A stretch of DNA of 31,984 bases. Source: Paraspadella gotoi. Lineage: Eukaryota > Animalia > Chaetognatha. Positions 24,093 through 31,984 of this stretch are shown here, one piece after another; position 1 is the first letter of the stretch; each line of letters opens with the position of its first letter. The stretch is from the NCBI GenBank assembly GCA_051294375.1, contig CM119264.1:20778844-20810827 (forward strand), written 5' to 3'. Position numbers and translations under genes: made by a program. Under the pieces are notes generated by a model. That model was given only the letters and a program-made list of their open reading frames with translations. It was not told where the DNA came from and made no database searches.

Positions 24093-24172
24093 ACGGGTCC
24101 CTGGGCTTGGAACCAGGCTTGAGGGTTTGCCATGCCCCCAAGGCGGCTTACGGCCGTCCTCACGCTTCCCGT
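24093..24172 (-). ncRNA. Putative type-P5 twister ribozyme, TRIM 3' LTR
   Basis: ACGGG aa GCGU GA GGA cggccg U^AA GCC GC CUUGGGGG cauggcaaa CCCUCAAG CCUGG U UCC AAGC CCAGG ga CCCGU. P5 5 bp, P3 8 bp, P4 5 bp, T1 UCC/GGA, T2 GC/GC. Predicted cut at 24150/24149. Confidence 0.75.
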
Positions 24173-24179
24173 AGGGTAG

Positions 24180-24251
24180 GTACCGGGTTGGGATTGAACC
24201 CAGTACCTAGTGGTCATGAGCTGATGGCTTTACTCAATGAGCCACCGGGTC
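24180..24251 (-). promoter_or_regulatory. tRNA-derived Pol III promoter, TRIM 3' LTR
   Basis: A-box-like TGGCTCATTGAG and B box GGTTCAATCCC at tRNA spacing; CTCATGA anticodon-loop-like segment. Confidence 0.7.
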
Positions 24252-24499
24252 ACAACTGAAAGTGTCATGATTCTAGGCGGGGTGAACCTAGGCAATGCCC
24301 GACTACATGCCCCCCAGATTGTAACCCACCCTGCACTGCTTCCAGTGGAGGGAGGGGAGCAATCTTCAGCTATATCAAGGGCCTGGAATCAGAAGGTTGG
24401 AATACGCTCGACAGGATGGGCTCACCAGTGTGGATAAGGCGCTACGTGGGCTGAAGATGACTGTCCGTAACTTCTATAACCCCCTCTAGCAGCCACGGA

Positions 24500-24579
24500 A
24501 CGGGTCCCTGGGCTTGGAACCAGGCTTGAGGGTTTGCCATGCCCCCAAGACGGCTTACGGCCGTCCTCACGCTTCCCGC
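24500..24579 (-). ncRNA. Putative type-P5 twister ribozyme, TRIM 5' LTR
   Basis: Same fold; the two differences from the other LTR give G-U pairs (P5, T2). Predicted cut at 24557/24556. Confidence 0.7.
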
Positions 24580-24586
24580 AGGGTAG

Positions 24587-24658
24587 GTACCGGGTTGGGA
24601 TTGAACCCGGTACCTAGTGGTCATGAGCTGATGGCTTTACTCAATGAGCCACCGGGTC
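24587..24658 (-). promoter_or_regulatory. tRNA-derived Pol III promoter, TRIM 5' LTR
   Basis: Same A/B boxes as 24180-24251. Confidence 0.7.
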
Positions 24659-24778
24659 ACAACTGAAAGTGTCATGATTCTAGGCGGGGTGAACCTAGGC
24701 AATGCCCGACTACAATCGTATCATATTAAAATAACCAAATAAAATGTAAAGAAAAATTTTGAAAGCTCCTCAGACATA

Positions 24779-24803
24779 TGAACCTAGGCAATGCCTGACT
24801 ACA
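24779..24803 (-). repeat. Isolated 25-bp TRIM LTR terminus
   Basis: TGAACCTAGGCAATGCCTGACTACA, one mismatch to the LTR end. Confidence 0.85.
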
Positions 24804-25619
24804 CTAGTACCCAAAACCATTCTTGTTATGTAATTGGATCAATTAACGATGAAGACATAAACATTTATGTAGAGAGAATGTAGAACATATTTGTAATGTT
24901 ATTTTTACCAAAAAAGTATGACAAAAATTGTACAATTTTTAAAAGTGAAAGAAATTCGTCCATTTGCATCTGCAGTTGGGTCCACTGAGATAGAGACGCT
25001 CAATGGAGCCATAGACGGTCACTGATTCCACAGATGGACCATCGTTATGCTCTGCCCTTGTTATTTAGTTTCTGTCCCCCATATTCAAAATTGGTTTTGA
25101 AGCTTGAACCGTTTATCACAGAAGAAAAAAAATATAGACAAAAACCGTTTGAAAAAAAAATTAAACTAAAATTATTTTTGATAAGTATGGAAAGGTTGGA
25201 GAAATTCTAGGAAAGGGATTTTGGAAAATGTTACTCGTTTTCAAGATATTTAGATTTTAACGCTAAATATTTTATTATTATTTTTTTTCTTATGAAGAAA
25301 AGTGAATTTGGAAAATCCCTTTAATAGAATAAGGGACATTGACCTTAAGTAGCCATAGCCGATGAAATTTAAATGCTAATGAATACAACGTTAAAATAAT
25401 CTATCATGAGCATAGATTATAGTATTAAAATATTTGTTGTCAAAAATTATTTTTTCGGAGGGTACGAGCCTACTTAAAATTATTAAATTACTATATAAAG
25501 CAAAACAATTTTTTAATGGGTTCTGTTAGAGCATAAAAAGTTAAACAAGAAATATAATTACAGCTTTTAAAAATTCTTACGTTTTCTTAGTAAAAATTTA
25601 AAAAAACTAATAAAATCAT

Positions 25620-25945
25620 CAAAAGATGATGATGATGACAATTTTTTATGGTTTTTCTTTTTTTGACCTACTTATCATAAAAATATTTAAAAAAGAATTA
25701 TACTTTGTGCAGACAACTTTTTATGAGCTATCTGAATCTGGTCTTAAAATTTAAAATTTCTAAAAAAAATTTTTGACCTTTCTTATCTATAAATAAATAT
25801 TAAAAAAATAATTACTAGGGTATAGAGCCATATAAGAAATTTTTTGTCCATTTAAGGTATTCTTAAAAATGTCTAAATTTTCGTTTGAGCTTGTACTCAT
25901 TCTAAATTTTTGACTCACCCCATTGAGTGCGGCTACCCCTACCTT
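25620..25945 (-). repeat. Inverted copy of the 18183-family dispersed repeat
   Basis: Reverse complement reads GGGTAGCCGCACTCAATGGGGTGAGTCAAAAATTTAG... Confidence 0.75.
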
Positions 25946-26479
25946 AAGTAAAATTATGTTAAATTTCATAAAAATCCGCTTCGCCATTTGGGCTGCAACT
26001 TTTCCGATAGGTTTCTTTTATTTTATATAGTAATATAAATATATATATATATATAAATATAAATATTGGTTGTACCAATTTCATTTCATAAAATTTGAAA
26101 AAAAGCTAACGAGTTTGAAAAAATATATTTTCGGAATCGTCTGGACCTCTGCTTTCCAAATCCAAACTTTGTTTCACCCTATTTATAACTTTTGGCGAGT
26201 GATCCCAGGCCTTAGTAGTTTTACGATTTCCTGAAGGTGGCGCGAGCAGTCCAAGTATACCGTCAGAAAAAAAGCCTTCCGCCTGGCGGGTGGCATGGGG
26301 TGTGGGCATGGGTCATACCTATGGATAACCTCTGGGGGTAGGCAATAACTGCTGCATTAGGAAGTTACTGTTTGAAATAAAAATTTATAAATTAAAAAAA
26401 AACTTTTTAAACTATTTTGATATTTTAAACAAAATATAAAAGTTATTATAATAATTATTAAAATAAAGTGAAAATAAAT

Positions 26480-26646
26480 TTAAAAATAGTGATAAAAGTG
26501 AAACAAAAAATTAGGCACATGTTTTGACTCTGATTAGAGCTTTCTTCAGCGTAAAAATATTGCTTTGCACAAAATATGCTAAAGAAGGATCATCAGAGCC
26601 AAAAGACATCTGTAATTTTTTGTTTCACTTTTATCATTGTTTTTAA
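26480..26646. repeat. Short inverted repeat with degenerate hammerhead-like cores (Penelope-like remnant)
   Basis: Arms TGATAAAAGTGAAACAAAAAATTA / TAATTTTTTGTTTCACTTTTATCA; minus strand CTGAAGA-aa-GCTCT-aatc-AGAGT-C-AAAA-CATGT. Confidence 0.55.
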
Positions 26647-27157
26647 ACAGTAAAAAACTTTGTAACTAATTTTTTTTATAAAATATTATTTTTATATAAT
26701 ATTACTTTTAAAATATTATTAACATTTTTGTAAAATAATTTTATTTTAAATATATAATATATAAATACAATAAAAATAAAAAAAATTAAAAAAAGTGAGT
26801 GAAAAAAAGATTTGGTAAAAAATAGATTTTAAAATACCGGCTTCTGTTGTTTAAAATTACCCTTTCTGTTTTCTTTCATCCTAGTGGGAAGCTTTTTTTT
26901 TCTACCCCCTAGGGTAGAAATTAGAAATTAGCATATAGAGCGCCCCTGTCAAGGTCAAAAATCCATTCACCAAAGGGTAGCCCTTTGGGGTTACCCCTAG
27001 GTATATTGCATTAAGGATATCCCTAAATGATTAAAAATCTATTCCCCCAGGGTAGACTGCCGGCGACTGCCCGCGACGTAGACTGCCCGCGACAAGGGGA
27101 AGCCTTTTTGAGCGACGGTATATCTCGAGCAGTCACTTAGATTTTAGGTCTGAGTGG

Positions 27158-27246
27158 GACAGACCGACGGACAGACATATAGACCGACCGACCGAAAAGT
27201 ATCTCACAGAGTTGTTCCGCGAGTACTCGCGGCGCAACTAAAAAAT
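27158..27246 (+). mobile_element. DINE-1/HINE-like 3' end
   Basis: GACA/GACG/GACC microsatellite, perfect palindrome CCGCGAGTACTCGCGG (27217-27232), then CAACTAAAAAA. Confidence 0.65.
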
Positions 27247-28099
27247 GAGAAAATAGAGAGAACAAAGACCAAACCCTATACTTAAAAAAAGTGAATGAGC
27301 AAAAAAAGAAAAAAGCAAAAAAGAAAGAAAGAAAAATTGAAATTGAAAAAGGAGAAGACGCGAAGAAAGTTAATGAAGGAAACGCGAATCTTCACGAGAA
27401 ATTTTTTTTTCTCGCCGAAGTTTTTTAACAGAAACGCGACGTCGTCGCTGAGAATTATAGGAAATATAAAACTCGGTCGTCGTCGTCGTCGTCGTCGTCG
27501 TCTACATCATCGCCATTAGTATCACGGGTTCAGTGAATGATCGTTATTAACAATGCCATTTTTATTTTTGTTTAAAAAATTATATTTGTCTCTCTTTGCC
27601 GTCGTCGTCACTATTGCGATTATCATTTTACCCTCATCTTTATTAGCCTAATCATGATCAATTAGCGCCGTAATAACCATAATAATAATAATCATCATAA
27701 TAATCATAATCATAAAGATCATCATCATCATCATCATCGACATTCCTTTTCTCGCCGTAAGTTCTTCCTCGATATACTTTCTCCATCGCCAAGGAGTCGT
27801 TTCCGTCACGCCCCTATCTCTGGGGAACGCGCTTCGAGCGGGGTAAAGGGGGGAGACGAAAGACGGTGACGACCCCCACGGAGAATTCGGGGGTAGAATC
27901 GGTCGAGGAGCTTGGGAATACCACCGCATCACACAGATGATAATGGGAGAATCTTTGGAAAGGGGGGTGACGAGGGGGGAAGGAGTCCGATTGGCTGAGG
28001 GAAAACGCGGTCTCGGGGTCCGCCTATCTCTGGGGGTAATTCCCACATCCAAACGTCTCCCAACGGTCGAAGGCGGCGCAGCGGAAAGTCATCTCGACA

Positions 28100-28167
<68 letters not shown>

Positions 28168-28605
28168 TCTCTTCTCATTCTCTCTCTCTCTCTCTCATTC
28201 TCTCTTCTCTTCTTTCTCATTCTCTCATCTTCTCTCTCTCTCTCTCTCGGGGACGTCGCTCCATTATCGTCGAATCTGGACTCAAACATTTTTCACGGGG
28301 GAAAGAGAAAAGGCGTCATCGTCGACGACGACGACGATAATGATGACGTTGTGTGTGAGCTTGTGCTTGTGTGGAGAGTTTTTATGTGAAAATTTTCAAA
28401 TTACTTGTTTCACTATTTTCTATTTTTATATTTTATGAAGGATTTAATATTTAATCTATATTATTTAATCAAATATATATTTTTTATTAAAAATGTTTTA
28501 TTTATCTAATAATTCAATTCGGGATGGGGAAGTCTGTGTTGTCTTCTGGAAACAGAGGGAGCATCTATACAACACAAGACATGCAAAAATAAATGAAAAA
28601 TAATA

Positions 28606-29151
28606 CTATCTAGAAAAAAGGTATATCCCATAATTTAGTTATTCAATAAAAAGTATTTAAAATATGGGTAAAACATTCTCAATATTTGATATGTCCTTCC
28701 TCGGCATCGACTACTTCCTGTATTCATCTGGGCATGCTCTTATACAGCAAATTGAGGTATTACAGTTAAATGTGTTTCCACATCTTTAACGCAATTTTTT
28801 TCGGCCCCGATATTAATGTTGAGCGTCTTTCCCTTTTTTCTGAGAGCTATAATAGCACTTTTCTGAAAAAAAAAGGTGCAAGGCCTTTAGCATTGCCAAA
28901 TTAAAAAAAATTAATAAACTTTTTGAAATTAAAACAAATAACAGAATACTAAAAATAGTGGAAAACCAAATGAATTTTTTTACCATTTTTCATTAGAAGT
29001 CACCTGCCTGTAACTTCTGAACGAATTTACCTACAAAAAAATGGAAGGATGCTACTGAAAAAAAATTTAATGTTGATTCGGAAACATTCTAATTTTTTTT
29101 AAATAAAAAATATTCTTTATTAAAAATGTGATATACTTTTTTTCTAGATAG
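28606..29151 (-). mobile_element. Internally deleted Tc1-like DNA transposon
   Basis: TIRs CTATCTAGAAAAAA(G/A)GTATATC flanked by TA on both sides; minus strand keeps N-terminal KSAIIALRKKGKTL and C-terminal LYKSMPR*IQEVVDAEEGHIKY*. Confidence 0.85.
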
Positions 29152-31079
29152 TACATGGGAATTCCCCGGTTTTGAATCGATTTATGATAAATTATTGTAA
29201 GATACTATTACAACTGGTTTTAATCATTTAAATCGACGAAGGCTCAAAATTTATTTAGTTTCGATCAAGTCAAGATCATGTAGGAAGCCGCTATAGAAAA
29301 AGAAGCCAGTGACTTTTTTCTTATATTTTTATATCGATAGATGTGGAATGACGGGAATATTGTAAATCTCAAGTTTCGCTTTAATCGGACCTCACATTGT
29401 GGAGAAATCTTAGGAAATCCATCAAAATTCCACCCCTTTTTTTCAACATTCTCGCCTTTTAAGATTTTTGCCGATTCTGACTTCCTCTTACAAACTTATA
29501 ATTCCGCTGGTTAATTTTTTTATCTTAAACGAGCGAAGGGAATCCACAACTTTCTGTAATTTTTATGATTCTGGGTAAAAAATATAATAAATTACATTAA
29601 CATTGGGATATTATGAAAAGTATAATATCTTATGAAGCCTGTGAGAGGTTAAATAATTAAAAAATTCGCTTATTTTATTATTAAAAAATAACATCAAAGT
29701 GAAGAAGTTGAATGGCTTTCGGCTCCTTTCAGTAAACATCCCTGTTCTCTTCAATAAGATAATGTTTACTTTTTGCTGGTGGAAAAGAAGGATAAATACT
29801 TAGGCTGTGATGGGATAAAAATATTTTGTAGAATTTTGTAAGCATGCTTGTAAATCAGAAACCAAAAATATTTAAGTGACAAAAAATTCACATTTTCTTT
29901 ATCCCAAAAAACTTTAAAGTTTTACTAGAGTACAATTTAGCCTTTTTTCTTTCAGAATCATTAAAAGAATTAAATTTTCATTTATTCTTATGGGTGTCAT
30001 AGTTTTTAAATTCATTATAATTTTTATTTAGTTTGACGCTCACCCTGTAAGGAGGTTTCAGCATAAGTAATTCTAAAATTGTATCTGTTATGTGCCCTAT
30101 GAATATGACTTCATTTTGGGTACTATTGCCATCCCTTTACTTTTATTCCTTCAAAAGATATTAGGAAAAATCAGTTTTTTCTCAACCTTCTTTTTAATTT
30201 CTTTTTAAATAAAAATTTCGCGATTCAAACCGGATTATTTCATTTAAACCTGATCATTTTATGTCAAAATCATTATAAAATGAAAAAAGAAAAATAGGAC
30301 AAGCTCTTCAGACACAAAGCTATCAGAATCGTGAAATTCGAAGTCGCTCATGTAACAGGAACATATAGCAATCCCGTTTGCAATTTTAAGTTTGTAAACT
30401 TTCCCTTTCATTTCTATAGTAAAAATGAGGTTTGAAAATTCTCCGGAGATGAGTAGTGCATTTCCCCTGGCTTGTTTGATATTAAATCCTTTATCAAATG
30501 CCATAAAAACGAATTTTTTAAGCGAGATTCTCGTCTAGAATCATGTAAATAATGTTAGCGAAACTTGAATGCTTCAAAAGTTAAGAAAAACTAAGGAAGC
30601 GGAGGTGAAAACAAATGAGGCGATTTCAAAGTTAAATGGTTTTTCCGGTGTCAACTGATACGACTGCGAAAGACAGCAGCGGCGAAGATGACCACTGGAA
30701 TCACGTTCAAAACGATCGCTTGGAGAGGAATGAAGAAGACGAAGACGACGAGTTCGACGACGACGAATACGACGACGAATACGACGACAACTGAGACTTC
30801 CACATCGACGATAAAGAAGAAATAAAGTTGATGTCGATCTTGACGATAAAAACTTGAACTTAGACCGCAAAGATACCTGAGACACTAACTCAGAGTCAGA
30901 TTAGAATTTCTACCAAAGACATTACATGTAAAAATTGAATACGGCCCATATTTTCCAAAAGCAACCCATTTCTGCATAATTTAAGAATTTAATTAAGTCT
31001 AAAATTTAAGTTATGAGGTGTTTTTAAGTATTTGGCTGAGTATCAGAATGAATGATGAGGTTGGGGACTCAATACAATG

Positions 31080-31520
31080 TAGGTTAGGGATAAAGGTTAA
31101 GTATTAGGGATAACGATTAGGGATTAAGATTAAGGGTTAGGTTAAGGTAAAGGAATGGTTAAAGATTAGAGTATTTATTTAATTTAAGATTATCATTAAA
31201 AATTAAAATTAAAACTAAATTTGAAATTAAGAAATGGAAAAAATAGTGCCCTTCGTAAAACTTTTTGGACTCTCTTTATCTCTGCAGCGAGACGATCAGG
31301 ACCACGTGACATTCACGACCCACAATTGGCTCACAAAGGACTCACGAAAGACTCACGAAAGACTCACAAAAAACTTGAGAACGGAACTTTTAAAGTTTGT
31401 CTTTTCCGAGTTCCCCGAACCCGTACCTATTATAAACCCACGAATCCGGTGACAACTTGTAACCACCCCTCACAACCTCTGACGATCTCTCACAACCCAC
31501 GCGATTCAGCGATTCACGTA
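31080..31520. repeat. Degenerate TTAGGG-like tract and short CTCAC(G/A)A tandem repeats, probably a MITE remnant
   Basis: GGTTAGGG/GATTAGGG variants at 31080-31170; GACTCACGAAA units at 31330-31372. Confidence 0.35.
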
Positions 31521-31915
31521 ATCAGAGCCAAATGAGCAAGGGACTTATGAGCGAGAAACCCGTTAAGAGGAAAAGGGAAAAGAGTTTGCTTCATCCGCGG
31601 AAACACAGATGACGACGACGACGACGACGATGAAGACGACGATGACGAATATGAAAAAAAAAATGACAAAAAACATGATTAAAAAGTTACAGTAGAAAAC
31701 GGTTAAGGCGACGATTGTGCAAACAATGACAATGACGATTTAAAGAAAATATCAGAAGCGGATGACAACGACTTTGAAGGCGACGGCGCCTGCGAGGGCT
31801 TCGGCGCCGCTGGTTCAGCTGCCAAGCGAGATAAGGAAACTTAAGACGCTCCCAGCTTCGAGATATTTCGCTCCTTGTCTTTAATGTTTCTTGTAAACAC
31901 ATTTTAGATATGGAG

Positions 31916-31984
31916 TAGGGTTCCGATAACCGTTAACAGTTAACGGTTATTAACGGTTAAAAAATAATTTTTAAATTTACACCA
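31916..31984 (+). mobile_element. Possible hAT-like terminus
   Basis: TAGGGTT followed by subterminal TAACCG/AACGGTTA repeats; the other end would lie outside the window. Confidence 0.35.

Larger units (their letters stand above)
24022..24714 (-). mobile_element. Complete TRIM (Helenus-like; tRNA-like sequence in LTRs), 693 bp
   Basis: 286-bp TG...CA LTRs (24429-24714, 24022-24307; 5 substitutions by eye), 121-bp interior with PBS TGGTGAGCCC 1 nt from the 5' LTR and GGGGGG PPT, and ATCG TSD (24018-24021 / 24715-24718). Confidence 0.95.

Noticed and set aside
23290-25945. Inverted repeat-family copies as long TIRs of one transposon
   Set aside because: Arms are quite diverged, related copies exist at about 18183 and 18491, and no TSD was seen.
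30259-30504. SWIM-like 'VYKLKI...CSC' ORF
   Set aside because: The second C-x-H half of the motif is missing and no MULE context is visible.

Overview
AT-rich invertebrate-type eukaryotic DNA, mostly non-coding and repeat-dense, with two assembly gaps (9571-9595, 16811-16820). Almost all listed ORFs are low-complexity artefacts. Headline observation: two otherwise dissimilar LTR elements carry the same minus-strand RNA module in their LTRs, a tRNA-like A/B-box (Pol III) head followed within about 10 nt by a circularly permuted (type-P5) twister-ribozyme fold whose helices and pseudoknots co-vary between the two families. The elements are (i) a complete 693-bp TRIM (24022-24714; 286-bp LTRs, PBS, PPT, 4-bp TSD), plus an older disrupted copy, and (ii) a gag-only BEL/Pao derivative present twice (583-bp LTR). 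This looks like a twister-based, Pol III-driven 'retrozyme' system; activity is inferred, not shown. Also present: frame-disrupted 3' exons resembling MED16 (minus strand), a tRNA-Phe with three indels, a deleted Tc1 element, DINE-1/HINE-like ends, a foldback satellite insertion, degenerate inverted hammerhead-like motifs, and mini/microsatellites. All calls were made by eye; homologies are recalled from memory, not searched.
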